NCBI GenBank assembly: GCA_016931415.1
Contig: JAFGEW010000027.1
Location: forward strand, 4,550 to 68,549
Direction: 5' to 3'
Length of the DNA: 64,000 nucleotides
DNA from: Verrucomicrobiota bacterium
Lineage (GTDB): Bacteria; Auribacterota; JABMQX01; JAFGEW01
Below are positions 53,120 to 63,390 of this stretch, piece by piece. The translations under genes were made by a program, and so were the position numbers. The notes beneath the pieces were generated by a model. That model saw nothing but the letters and a program-made list of their open reading frames with translations. It had not been told where the DNA came from and made no database searches. The first letter of the stretch is position 1, and the number at the start of each line of letters is the position of its first letter.

Positions 53120-53481
53120 TAGACAATGGCGGCCGGTATGTCAAGCTCTGAAGAGAAAAAACATGTGCTTAAGTCTGAGCCTCTCAACAACTGCCCAGCG
53201 GGACTGGGAACGAGCGAAAAGAAGCGGCCCTGTCCTGAGGGGGATGGACAGGGCCGAGGGAAAGAGGGGTCGTAAAAGGAGGTGGTCTGTCTCGTCTATC
53301 CTATCTGGAGCCGCTGAGGTGCTGCGTCTTCGCCAGGTAACCGCTTTCTCAGAGGAAACTCGAAGGCAGTCGGTCCACCTGCTGCGCTCTTCCTCCGCTT
53401 CCTTCGTGGCCTTTGTTAGTGTATACGTGTCCCGCCCCGGCTTTGTTCCCCGGTGTCCAGGACTGATTCAGCGAGGATCGC

Positions 53482-55704
53482 ATGCCGCAACGAGACATCG
53501 ACAGCTTGCTCCAGCGCAGAGACAAGTGGTATCTCGGCGGCGGGGACGCAGTGATCTGGGCGCCCCGCTTCCCCATGTGGCTGACGCGTCCCGGATTCTG
53601 GGACGAGGCCCATGTCTACAACGAGCCGTTCGGCCCCGTGTTCGCCGTCTCGCTCATCGACGAGGAAGTGCGTGCGGTGCCGCTGCGGGCGCGTCGTTAC
53701 CAGTGGCGCCCCAGCTCGTTCAGTGTCAACTATGTCGTCGTCGGCCGCGCCGCGCGCGGACTGCGCGTTCGCGAGCGCAAGTGTGTGCTCGACAACGACG
53801 TGCTCGCCTCCGACTTCATCCTGCGCAACGAGGGCCGCTCGCCGCGGCGCCTGCACGTCGTGCTGTGGACGTGCCACCCTTACGCCCCCGACCCGCTCGC
53901 GCACCACGTCCGCGATGTGCGCGTGAGTGACGAGGCGATCGAGTTCGTCAAGATGCTTCAGGTGGGGCCCGGCCCGAAGCGCGACGTCACCTGCGTGCTC
54001 GGCACGGACGCGCCGCGGACCTCGTACCTCGTTCAGCTCTCGCAGCCCACCGAGAACCATCCGCGCTGGGCGCTCACGCCGTTCCACGACCGCTTCGATG
54101 GCCACAGCCTCGGCGATGAGATCAACCTCGGCGGGGTACACCGCGACGGGCTCGTCTACGTCGGCCAGCATGCCGTTGTCGAGCTTGCCCCGGGCGAGAA
54201 ACGCGCCATCAAGCTCTGCGCAGCGGTGGCCGAATCGCCCGACCGCGCCCGCGCCGCGCTCAAGAACGCCATCGCCACGCCCGGCCTGCTTGCCGACCGC
54301 TCGCGCCGCGCCTGGGGCCGCTACTTCGCCAGCCTCCCGCAGTTCGAATGCGACGACGAGTATCTGACCCGCTACTACTGGTACCGCTGGTATGGGCTCC
54401 GGCTCCTCACCACGCACGGCAACAACGACATAACCCCGTGGCCCTCTCTCAACGAGGGCATCGAATACTTCCGAGGGCCGATCGCCTACAGCGCTCCCGG
54501 CCATATGCTCGAGACCCGCTGGATGGCCGATCCCGAACTCGCACGCGGCTGCCTGCGCAACTTCATCCACAACCAGCGCCGCGACGGTTCGTTCCGCGGC
54601 ACGCTGCGCGTCCACCTTGGCGTCGGCTGGGACTTCTTCCACACCAACTGGGGCCGCGCCGTCATGGCCGTCGATGAACTCCATCCCGACGACGAGTTCC
54701 TGCGCGAGGTCTACGGACCGCTCTGCCGATACGCCGAGTACTTCGAACAACGCCGCGATTCCGAGGGAAGCGACCTCTACGACGTCATTGATCAGTTCGA
54801 GACGGGTCAGGAGTACATGAGCCGCTACACGGCCGTCAATGCCGCCGCCGACACCGGCTTGGGCGAGCCGATGATCCGGCTCAAGGGCGTCGACGCCACG
54901 CTCTACGTCTACGAGCTCCAGCGCGCGCTCGCCCGGATCGCCCGCCGCCTCGGCCTCAACGACGACGCTGTACGCTGGGACGCCGATGCCGACGCCACCC
55001 GCGCCGCGATGCGCTCCCGCATGTGGGACCCCGAGCGCGAGATGTTCTCCGACATCGATCCGAGCACCAACAGGCGCACGGGCATCGAGGCCGCCGTCTG
55101 CTTCTATCCCTACTTCACCGACGTGGCCGAACCGAAGCATGTCGCCGGGCTCGAACGCCACTTGCTCGATCCCGACGAGTTCTGGACCCCGTTCCCGGTG
55201 GCGACGACGAGTCGCAAGGACCCCTCGTTCGATCCCGCCAGCCGCTGGCGCCGCAAGCGCCACCACTGCCCATGGAACGGCCGCGTCTGGCCGATGGTCA
55301 ACAGCCACATCGTCGACGCCCTCGCCGGGGCCGGCCGCCACGACCCCCGCCTGCGGGAGCGCGCCGCCGAGCTGCTGCGCAAGTTCGTCCGCATGATGTT
55401 CTTCTACCAGGACGTGTCACGCCCCAACTGCTTCGAGCACTACAACCCGCTCACGGGCGCCGCCTCGGTCTTCCGCGGCATCGACGACTACCAACACTCC
55501 TGGGTCGTTGATCTCATCATCCGCTACGTCGCCGGCTTCCGCCCCCAGCCCGACGGCACCTACGCGATCGAGCCGCTGCCCTTCGGCCTCAAACGCGTCG
55601 TGCTCGACAACCTCCACTACCGCGGTAAGCGCCTCAGCATCGCGGTTGTGGACGGTCGTGTCAGCGTTAAGGAGAGCCGCATCCGGGCCAAGCCGCGGCC
55701 CTGA
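53482..55704 (+). CDS. (alpha/alpha)6-barrel glycoside hydrolase, GH63-like (glucosidase-I / mannosylglycerate-hydrolase family).
   Basis: 740 aa with conserved acidic/aromatic blocks (DQFETGQEYMSRY, HHCPWNGRVWPMVN) typical of GH63/GH37/GH15 folds. Family assignment is from memory only. Confidence 0.5.
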   Translation: MPQRDIDSLLQRRDKWYLGGGDAVIWAPRFPMWLTRPGFWDEAHVYNEPFGPVFAVSLIDEEVRAVPLRARRYQWRPSSFSVNYVVVGRAARGLRVRERKCVLDNDVLASDFILRNEGRSPRRLHVVLWTCHPYAPDPLAHHVRDVRVSDEAIEFVKMLQVGPGPKRDVTCVLGTDAPRTSYLVQLSQPTENHPRWALTPFHDRFDGHSLGDEINLGGVHRDGLVYVGQHAVVELAPGEKRAIKLCAAVAESPDRARAALKNAIATPGLLADRSRRAWGRYFASLPQFECDDEYLTRYYWYRWYGLRLLTTHGNNDITPWPSLNEGIEYFRGPIAYSAPGHMLETRWMADPELARGCLRNFIHNQRRDGSFRGTLRVHLGVGWDFFHTNWGRAVMAVDELHPDDEFLREVYGPLCRYAEYFEQRRDSEGSDLYDVIDQFETGQEYMSRYTAVNAAADTGLGEPMIRLKGVDATLYVYELQRALARIARRLGLNDDAVRWDADADATRAAMRSRMWDPEREMFSDIDPSTNRRTGIEAAVCFYPYFTDVAEPKHVAGLERHLLDPDEFWTPFPVATTSRKDPSFDPASRWRRKRHHCPWNGRVWPMVNSHIVDALAGAGRHDPRLRERAAELLRKFVRMMFFYQDVSRPNCFEHYNPLTGAASVFRGIDDYQHSWVVDLIIRYVAGFRPQPDGTYAIEPLPFGLKRVVLDNLHYRGKRLSIAVVDGRVSVKESRIRAKPRP

Positions 55705-55903
55705 CAACGCCTTTCTCATCGACAGCACACCCCTTCGCCCCTGGAGCGCACCGCCCCATGCGATTTGTGGGTTGCATGCCCTGCCCATACTGGTGTATAA
55801 GCCCTATGGCCTCCCGCGGCCATTCGGGGCACGCCCCGGCCAGCGGGAATCGAGGCCCGGGAGACCATGCGACCACACCCAGATACGGGGAAGGGGTCTC
55901 ACC

Positions 55904-57091
55904 ATGGCCAAACCCGCACGCGCAATGGACGAAGCGATGAAGGGCGAAGCCGACGTCGCCCGCTCACAAGCGCATTTCTCAATCCTCGACGGCGAGGACT
56001 TCACCGCCTTCAAGGAGTGTCTCCAGAAAGACTTCTTCCAGCCCGACGAGCCGCTCGAGGACAACGCCACGCGCGACAGGTGCCTGGCCTTCATGCGCTC
56101 GAAGGACTTCCAGGTCCAGATCCCGATGTGGAACGAGGGCGACACGGTCGGTCCGATCGTCAAGTTCCTCATCGAGCAGCTCGACGGCCCCCAGCACCTC
56201 ATCTGCATGGACGCCAACAGCGACGACAACTCGGTCGAGGTCGTCGAGGCCCTCGGCGTGCGCACCATCCGCCAGGCCGACATGTTCGCCTGCGTCAAGT
56301 GGGACAGGTTCTGCGAGTTGCTCAACGACCCGGAGCCGCGCGGCCGCGGTATGACGCTCTACGCCATGACCATGTATCGCTTCCTGATCCAAGAGGGCGC
56401 CTTCCCGAGCTACCTTGCGTACAGCGACTCGGACATCCGCAACTTCGCCGAGTACGACCCGATCCCGTACCTCGTCTACCCGGTCGTGACCGAACCGAAG
56501 CGCCACTGGCTCTACACGAAGATCGCCAAGCCGGGACGCAACAACGAGTCCGTCATGGCCGGCCGCATCGCGGCGCAGTCCTGCAGCCCCGTCGGGCGGC
56601 GCATCTACGAGCGGCTCTCGCGCGACATGTGGATGATCTCAGGCGAGTACATGGTCGAGGGCAAGTACATGCGGACGCTCGTCCATACCACCCGCTCGTT
56701 TCTCGACGCGCTGACGGCCGTCTACTTCGCCGACCTCGACGTGGGCGGCGTCGGCGACGTCGCCATCGTGGGCAACGGCAACTCCCGCCTCGACAAGAAG
56801 AACGACAACATGAAGGAGCAGACCATCCTCTACTCGATCGCCGCCAACATCGTGGCGTTCGCCAACTACGGCCGGTACGTGAGCGAGCTCACGCTCGACG
56901 ACATTCGAAAGCTCAACACCGACTGGTTCAACCGGATCGAGATCTATCCCTACATCCCGGAGGCAAGCGAGCCGATGCACGCGGTCAAGATCATGAACGA
57001 CCGCTTCATCCCCAGCATCGAACAGCTCATCGCCGCCGACCTGGTCGACACCGCCAAGGTCGCCGAGATGAAGAAGAAGTACCGTGGCTAG
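55904..57091 (+). CDS. GT-A fold glycosyltransferase (395 aa).
   Basis: N-terminal Rossmann (QVQIPMWNEGDTVGPIV...LICMDANSDDNS) and DxD motif (YSDSDIR). ATG after GGGGAAGGGG. Confidence 0.5.
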   Translation: MAKPARAMDEAMKGEADVARSQAHFSILDGEDFTAFKECLQKDFFQPDEPLEDNATRDRCLAFMRSKDFQVQIPMWNEGDTVGPIVKFLIEQLDGPQHLICMDANSDDNSVEVVEALGVRTIRQADMFACVKWDRFCELLNDPEPRGRGMTLYAMTMYRFLIQEGAFPSYLAYSDSDIRNFAEYDPIPYLVYPVVTEPKRHWLYTKIAKPGRNNESVMAGRIAAQSCSPVGRRIYERLSRDMWMISGEYMVEGKYMRTLVHTTRSFLDALTAVYFADLDVGGVGDVAIVGNGNSRLDKKNDNMKEQTILYSIAANIVAFANYGRYVSELTLDDIRKLNTDWFNRIEIYPYIPEASEPMHAVKIMNDRFIPSIEQLIAADLVDTAKVAEMKKKYRG

Positions 57092-57177
57092 GCGGCCGCG
57101 GTGCGGCCCGCGTACCGCGCGGCCCGGCATGATCCAGGCTCTAGAATCTGTGTGCTTTCCGCGCGAATCCGTGTTTA

Positions 57178-58542
57178 ATGGCGTCCATGGATAGACGCAT
57201 CCTCATCATCGGCGGCGGGCCGACCGGCTGCGGCGCTGCCCGGCGCCTCGTTCAACGCGGGCACACCAACTGGCACCTTTACGAACGCGACTCCGTGCTC
57301 GGCGGACTCGCCGGCTCGAGGACCGACGAGCATGCCTTCACCTGGGACATCGGCGGCCACGTCATCTTCAGCCACTTCAAGGAGTTCGACGCGCTCGTCG
57401 ACGACATGCTCGGCAACGAGATGCTCTCGCACGAGCGCGAAAGCTGGATCCGCATCCTCGGCACATGGGTTCCCTACCCGTTCCAGAACAACATCCGCCA
57501 CCTGCCCGCCGAGGCGCTGCTCGAGTGCCTCATGGGCCTGATCGAGGTTCACGCCACGGAACGCTCGACGGCTGATTTCCATCAGTTCATCCGCACCACG
57601 TTCGGCCGCGGGATCGGGCGCTACTTCATGGAACCATACAACTTCAAGGTCTGGGCTACGCACCCGAGTGAGATGAGCGCCGCCTGGATCGCCGAGCGCG
57701 TCAGCGTCGTCGACATCGAGCGCGTGCTGCGAAACGTCATCACACAACACGACGACGTCGCCTGGGGACCGAACAACCTGTTCCGCTTCCCGCTGCGCGG
57801 CGGGACGGGCGAGATCTACCGCCGCTTCGGCCGGACCATCGAGGCGAAAACCACGCTCAACGCCGAGGTGGTCGAGATCGACACGGCCAGGAAGCGCGTC
57901 AAACTCGACAGCGGCGAGACCGACCCGTACGACGTGCTGATCTCGACCATGCCGCTCAACGCCCTCGCCGCGCGCCTCCACCCGAAACGCGGCGACCTCG
58001 TCGAGGCCGCCGCCAAGCTCCGGTCGAACAGCGCGCTCATCGTTGGGCTTGGCGTCGAACGCCCCGTGGACAACAAACGCTGCTGGATGTACTTCCCCGA
58101 GGATAACTGCCCCTTCTACCGCACGACGAATTTCTCGAACTACTCGTACAACAACGTTCCGTACGGCGACGTCGCGCGCTACCACTCGCTCATGTGCGAG
58201 ACGTCGTTCAGCGACATCAAACCCCGTCCGAGCGACATGGTCAGGGCGACACTCGACGGCGCGATCAGCGCCGGCCTGCTCACCGACAACGACCGTCCGC
58301 GCATCGTCGACGAGTTTCTCATCGAGGTGCCCCAGGCCTACCCGGTCCCGACCCGTGATCGCGACACGGCGCTCGCCACGCTGCAACCCGAGCTCGAGCA
58401 ACTCGGGATCATGAGCCGCGGCCGCTTCGGCGCCTGGCGCTACGAAATCGGCAACATGGACCACTCGTTCATGCAGGGCTGGCAGGCCATCGACCACGTC
58501 TTCGACGGCGCCGCCGAAGACGTCTTCCTCAAGTGGAAGTGA
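57178..58542 (+). CDS. glf: Eukaryotic-type UDP-galactopyranose mutase (FAD-dependent).
   Basis: GGGPTGCGAARRL; GGHVIFSHFKEFD; WVPYPFQNNI; PYNFKVWA; CWMYFPEDNCPFYRTTNFSNYS; SRGRFGAWRYEIGNMDHSFMQG. All match blocks remembered from fungal/kinetoplastid UGMs. Confidence 0.75.
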   Translation: MASMDRRILIIGGGPTGCGAARRLVQRGHTNWHLYERDSVLGGLAGSRTDEHAFTWDIGGHVIFSHFKEFDALVDDMLGNEMLSHERESWIRILGTWVPYPFQNNIRHLPAEALLECLMGLIEVHATERSTADFHQFIRTTFGRGIGRYFMEPYNFKVWATHPSEMSAAWIAERVSVVDIERVLRNVITQHDDVAWGPNNLFRFPLRGGTGEIYRRFGRTIEAKTTLNAEVVEIDTARKRVKLDSGETDPYDVLISTMPLNALAARLHPKRGDLVEAAAKLRSNSALIVGLGVERPVDNKRCWMYFPEDNCPFYRTTNFSNYSYNNVPYGDVARYHSLMCETSFSDIKPRPSDMVRATLDGAISAGLLTDNDRPRIVDEFLIEVPQAYPVPTRDRDTALATLQPELEQLGIMSRGRFGAWRYEIGNMDHSFMQGWQAIDHVFDGAAEDVFLKWK

Positions 58543-58564
58543 CGCCGGACGCGGCGGGGCCTCT

Positions 58565-58589
58565 CAGCTACGGCGAGACCCCGTAGCTG
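58565..58589. terminator. Bidirectional terminator hairpin between convergent genes.
   Basis: cagctacgg-cgagacc-ccgtagctg. Confidence 0.45.
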
Positions 58590-58638
58590 CGTCTTCTCGT
58601 GCTTGCCGACGATACCCCGGCCCGGCTGGATGCCCCTC

Positions 58639-59889
58639 CTACTTGAGAGGCACCTCAACCCGGTAGACGTCTGTCCCGTCGACAGCCAGGTAATGCAGGC
58701 GATCGGCCGAATCGAAGATGACCCTGCCCGCGTTGAGAATGCGGTCATACGGGTCGCACTCGCGCCCGTTGATCACGACGAACTGGTCGCCGCCCAGAAC
58801 CGCCGTGTAGGCGAGCATCTCGCTGTCAGGGCTGAAGAGGAGCGTGCGCGGGTCAATCTGATCGTAGACCTTGCCCTCTTCGCCGTTCATCACGACGGAC
58901 TCGTTGCCGAATTTGCCGACCACGTAGGCGAGCTTCTTCCCGTTGGGGCTGAAAGCGAACACCGCCACAACGTGCTCGTAACGCTTGCCCTCGGCGCCGT
59001 TGTCGAGCACGTACCATTGGCCGCCCTCGAGGACGGCGTGCGCCAGCCGCGACCCGTCGGGGCTATAGAAGGGGCCTCCGACCCCGCCGTAACGCTTGCC
59101 TTCCACACCGTCGGCCACAATGAAGAACTGCCCGTTCGATCCTGCCACGAAGGCCATTTTCGCCCCGTCGGCACTGAACTCGGGTCCGCCGACCGCACTG
59201 TAGTGCTTGCCTTCCTCGCCGTTGATGACGAGGAACTGCTCGCCGCCTTCGACGGCTCCGTAGACGAAGGTCCTGCTATCCGGGCTGAACTTGAAGCCCG
59301 GGATGCCGTCATGCTGACGACCCTCCTCCCCATCGACCACGACGATCTGCTTATCGCCCACCTTGGCGCCGTGGGCGAGGCGTGCACCGTCGGGGCTGAA
59401 TGCCAAGCCGGCGACAATCCCGTCATAGGCCTTGCCCACCTGGCCATCGACGACAACGAACCACTTCCCGTCTTTCGAAGCCACATACGCGACTCGCGCG
59501 CCGTTCTCGCTGAACGTCAGCCCGCCGGCGGTATCGTAGGACTCACTCTCCTTGCTGTCGATGACGGCAAGCCACTTCCCTTCCTTCGACGCGAAGTAGC
59601 CCGCGCGTGCGCCATCTGCGCTGAGCACCACGCCGTCGCGACCAAGCTCGTCGTAGAGCGGCCCCGACGTCCCGTTGATCACAGCACGCTGCTTGCCGCC
59701 AAGGTCGGCCACACACGCGTACGCCGTCCCATCGGCACTGACGACGAGGCTCTCGGCAATCCACGACGGCTCGATCGTGGCGATGAGCTTCTCCGTCGTC
59801 CCAGCATCCTGATCGGCCGCCGATGCGGCCACGCTCAGGCAGATCAGCACAAGGGAAACGCAGTACAAAGAGGCATCCCGGAACACCAT
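58639..59889 (-). CDS. Secreted tandem-repeat protein (about 13 repeats of a roughly 28-aa unit, beta-propeller-like).
   Basis: Signal peptide. Repeating units of the form xVVxDGxEGKxYDxxxxxxFSPDGxRxAY. Confidence 0.55.
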   Translation of the reverse strand: MVFRDASLYCVSLVLICLSVAASAADQDAGTTEKLIATIEPSWIAESLVVSADGTAYACVADLGGKQRAVINGTSGPLYDELGRDGVVLSADGARAGYFASKEGKWLAVIDSKESESYDTAGGLTFSENGARVAYVASKDGKWFVVVDGQVGKAYDGIVAGLAFSPDGARLAHGAKVGDKQIVVVDGEEGRQHDGIPGFKFSPDSRTFVYGAVEGGEQFLVINGEEGKHYSAVGGPEFSADGAKMAFVAGSNGQFFIVADGVEGKRYGGVGGPFYSPDGSRLAHAVLEGGQWYVLDNGAEGKRYEHVVAVFAFSPNGKKLAYVVGKFGNESVVMNGEEGKVYDQIDPRTLLFSPDSEMLAYTAVLGGDQFVVINGRECDPYDRILNAGRVIFDSADRLHYLAVDGTDVYRVEVPLK

Positions 59890-60149
59890 TGCTCTCCTCC
59901 GAAACCAAGGTTCGTCCGCCCGCTATCGCCCTCCGGGCAGGCACCCTCCTACCACATTATAACCCTACTTGAACAGAGCGAACACCGCCAGACTCCGCCC
60001 GTAGGCCCCGCCGTTGCGGCGGCCCCGTGGCAACAGACAGGATTCCGCTTGCCGCAGGGCTGTGCTATGATAAGCACACGAGCGACGTGAACCTGAGCGA
60101 CCCTGCCCGGCGCTCCCCACACCCGATCAAGCGAGGTGATGCTGTTCTC

Positions 60150-61436
60150 ATGGCAGCCATGACACAGATCGAAGCGGCCCGAAAGGGCCAGGCGACCGAC
60201 GCGATGCGCGCGGCCGCCGAGCACGACCACGTCCCCGTTGAGCACATCGTCGCCGGCCTCGCCGACGGCACAATCGTCGTGCCGAAGAACACGGGCCACG
60301 CGTTCGCGCACATCATCGGCGTCGGCCGCGGTCTGCGCACGAAGACCAACGCCAACATCGGCACGTCGACCGACGTGTGCGAGCTCGACTTCGAGCTCCA
60401 GAAGCTCGCCGTCGGCAAGAAGGCCGGCGTCGATGCCGTGATGGACCTCTCGACCGGCGGCGACCTCAAGGCGATCCGCAAGGCCATTCTCGACGCGTGC
60501 GACATGCCGCTCGGCACCGTGCCCATCTATGACGCTGCTGTCGAACTCGCAACCCACGGCCGCCAGCTGAGCACGATGACACCCAACGAACTCTTCGCCG
60601 CCGTCGAGGCCCACTGCGCCCAGGGTGTGGACTTCATCACCGTGCATTGCGGCGTCACCCGCACTGCCGTCGAGGCGCTGCGGCGCGAGAGCCGCCTGCT
60701 CGACGTGGTGAGCCGCGGCGGCGCGATCCTTACCGACTGGATCCTTACCAACGACGCCGAGAACCCGCTCTACGCCGAGTTCGACCGCCTGCTCGAGATC
60801 GCCCGGCGCTGGGACATCACGCTCAGCCTCGGCGACGGCATGCGGCCCGGTTGTCTGGCTGACGCGACCGACCGCGCGCAGGTCACCGAGCTCGTCACCC
60901 TCGGTGAGCTCCAGCAGCGCGCGCTTCAGGCCGGCGTCCAGGCGATGATCGAAGGCCCCGGCCACATCCCGCTCAACGAGGTTGCCGACAACGTCCGGCT
61001 CGAGAAAGAGCTCTGCCACGGCGCGCCGTTCTACGTGCTCGGCCCGCTCGTGACCGACGTCGCTCCCGGCTACGACCACATCACCTCGGCGATCGGTGGC
61101 GCGATCGCCGCGGCCGCCGGCGCCGATTTCCTCTGCTACGTCACCCCGGCCGAGCACTTGCGCCTGCCGGAGCTCGACGACGTCCACGAGGGCGTCATCG
61201 CCGCCCGCATCGCGGCCCACGCCGGCGACGTGGCCAAGGGCATCCCCGGCGCGCGCGACTGGGACGACGATATGGCCCGCTGGCGCAAGAAGCGCAACTG
61301 GGCCAAGCAGATCGAGCTGGCGCTCGATCCCGAGCGGGCCCGCGACTTCCATGCCGTGCGCGTCTCGCACATCGAGGACGCCTGCACCATGTGCAGCGAG
61401 TTCTGTGCGATCCGTCTGCTTGACAAGCACCGCTGA
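60150..61436 (+). CDS. thiC: Phosphomethylpyrimidine synthase.
   Basis: TQIEAARKG N-terminus. C-terminal CxxC...C motif (CTMCSEFCAIR). Start after GAGGTGA. Confidence 0.9.
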   Translation: MAAMTQIEAARKGQATDAMRAAAEHDHVPVEHIVAGLADGTIVVPKNTGHAFAHIIGVGRGLRTKTNANIGTSTDVCELDFELQKLAVGKKAGVDAVMDLSTGGDLKAIRKAILDACDMPLGTVPIYDAAVELATHGRQLSTMTPNELFAAVEAHCAQGVDFITVHCGVTRTAVEALRRESRLLDVVSRGGAILTDWILTNDAENPLYAEFDRLLEIARRWDITLSLGDGMRPGCLADATDRAQVTELVTLGELQQRALQAGVQAMIEGPGHIPLNEVADNVRLEKELCHGAPFYVLGPLVTDVAPGYDHITSAIGGAIAAAAGADFLCYVTPAEHLRLPELDDVHEGVIAARIAAHAGDVAKGIPGARDWDDDMARWRKKRNWAKQIELALDPERARDFHAVRVSHIEDACTMCSEFCAIRLLDKHR

Positions 61437-61501
61437 TCTGCTGTGACCCGCACGGGGAACGTTCTTCCGCTCTCGACGGTTACATCGGAGAGGAGCCGAC
61501 G

Positions 61502-63334
61502 ATGAGCAGAACAATGTTGACGCCAACCTTGGCCCTTCTTCTCCTGCTGCCCGTGGGCGCCTGCGCCGCAGGCCTCGACGACCTGTTCGGCACGGGCACC
61601 GTGCCGAAAGAGCCGGTGCTCGGCTTTGAGTTCACCGCCTCACATACGACCCTCCGCCCCGCGACGCCGTTGCTCGTGGCCATCACGACGACGATCCCCG
61701 AGGACTACCACCTCCTCGACCAGATCTACCTCCGGCTCGACGACGGCGGACCGTTCGCGCCCGAGCGGTCGTGGCACACGCCCTACAAGGTGCGCAAGAT
61801 CGGCCCGAACGAATATGCCGAGTTCGTCGGCGACTTGCTCGTCGTCTACGAGCTTGCTGCCGATGAGGGCGCCGCGCCGGGGCCGCACGATCTCACGCTC
61901 ATCTTCGAGTACTCGCCCTGCCACGAGGAGCTCTGCTTCGGCCTCCGCGAGGCGCGCGCCACAATCCCGATCACGGTCGGCAGCACCGCCACGGCGAATC
62001 CCGCGTTCGAGCCGTTCCGCGCGCAACTCCCTGCGCTCACGGCCGTTGTGGCGCGGGAGGGCGCAGACGCGCTCCCGAAGACCGCGGGGGAAAACAGGAG
62101 GTACGTCGAGCAGTTCGACCTCATCGGCAAACCCAACGTTGTCTTCCTCGACGCCGAGGGCCGCGAACTCAACCGCATCGTCGGCTACCGGGGCCGGCGC
62201 GTGTTCCTCGAGGAGGTCGGCAAGGTGGCCGAGGGCCAGGTCGTGCAGCAGACGCGGCGCTCGCTCGCGCTCTGGATCGGGCTGGCGCTCGTTGGCGGCT
62301 TGCTCGCGGCGTTTTCGCCGTGCGTCTACCCGATGATCCCGATCACGATGGGGTACCTGGCTGACCAGGCCGGCCATCAGTTCCGGCGCAACCTCATGCT
62401 CGTTATCGCGCTCGGCGCCGGCGTCCTCCTGCCGTTTGCGCTCATCGGCGCGTTTATCGGTGCGCTCAAGGACACGCTCTACAGCCTGACGAGCAACACG
62501 GCTTACGTCATCGCCCTCGACGTGATCCTCATCGCGCTCACCGCCTCGATGCTCGGCGCCTTCGAGATCCAACTCCCCGCTGCGTTGCGCAACACGGCGG
62601 CCGCGGGGCGCAACACGGTCGGCGCAATCGGTGCGTTCATCATCGGGCTTGTCGTCGTCCCGCTCGCGTTCGCATGCACGGCGCCCGCGCTCGGGCTCAT
62701 CATCCCGTTCATCGTCGGGCAATCGGTCGGCGCCGCCATGCTCATCATGATCGTCTTCGGCCTCGGCTTGGCGCTACCGTTCCTGGCCGCCGGCATCTTC
62801 ACCGGGGCGATCTCGGCCATGCCGCGCGCGGGCGCGTGGATGCTCGGCATCAAGAAGGTGCTCGCGCTCTTGCTCCTCGGCGTGATCTTCTACGTCTCGC
62901 GTCCGCTCACCGCCGATTTCCCGCACACGACAGGCGTGATCGCCGGGACGGTGTTCATCGCCGTCGCTGTCAGTCTCGGCGTGTTCAGGAAGAAGCTCGC
63001 TTCGGTGTTTGACCGCGCCGTGGCCGTGATCGCTCTCGTGCTCGGCCTCAACCTCGTTGTCGGCTCGGCCCTGGTCAAGGCGGACCAGATCCCCGGCTTC
63101 CCGCTCCAGACCATCGTGGCCTATCCGCGCCTGGACGAGTCCGCCATTGACTGGCGTTCCAGCCTGGACAAGGCGCTCGCCGAGGCCAAACGCGACGACA
63201 AGCTCGTCATGGCATACTTCTGGGGCTACAACTGCATCGCCTGCACCGAGTACACCGCCTACGTCTGGTCGAGCCGCGAGACGGCCGACGCCCTCACAGG
63301 CTTCGTCCCGGTCAAGATCAACATAGACGAATGA
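61502..63334 (+). CDS. dsbD: Thiol:disulfide interchange protein DsbD (CcdA-like TM core + C-terminal thioredoxin-like domain).
   Basis: Signal peptide. TM-core Cys pair (FSPCVYPMIP ... FACTAP). C-terminal NCIAC thioredoxin motif. Confidence 0.75.
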   Translation: MSRTMLTPTLALLLLLPVGACAAGLDDLFGTGTVPKEPVLGFEFTASHTTLRPATPLLVAITTTIPEDYHLLDQIYLRLDDGGPFAPERSWHTPYKVRKIGPNEYAEFVGDLLVVYELAADEGAAPGPHDLTLIFEYSPCHEELCFGLREARATIPITVGSTATANPAFEPFRAQLPALTAVVAREGADALPKTAGENRRYVEQFDLIGKPNVVFLDAEGRELNRIVGYRGRRVFLEEVGKVAEGQVVQQTRRSLALWIGLALVGGLLAAFSPCVYPMIPITMGYLADQAGHQFRRNLMLVIALGAGVLLPFALIGAFIGALKDTLYSLTSNTAYVIALDVILIALTASMLGAFEIQLPAALRNTAAAGRNTVGAIGAFIIGLVVVPLAFACTAPALGLIIPFIVGQSVGAAMLIMIVFGLGLALPFLAAGIFTGAISAMPRAGAWMLGIKKVLALLLLGVIFYVSRPLTADFPHTTGVIAGTVFIAVAVSLGVFRKKLASVFDRAVAVIALVLGLNLVVGSALVKADQIPGFPLQTIVAYPRLDESAIDWRSSLDKALAEAKRDDKLVMAYFWGYNCIACTEYTAYVWSSRETADALTGFVPVKINIDE

Positions 63335-63390
63335 CCCCGCGCTCTGTACCCTATGCAGCCCGGCACAAGGGCAACCAGGAGGAATGATCG

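Noticed and set aside
57175-58497. 440-aa minus-strand ORF.
   Set aside because: Antisense to the UGM gene, whose plus frame has near-perfect family motifs.
59949-61526. 525-aa minus-strand ORF.
   Set aside because: Antisense to thiC.
61640-62722. 360-aa minus-strand ORF.
   Set aside because: Antisense to dsbD; R/D/E-rich shadow.
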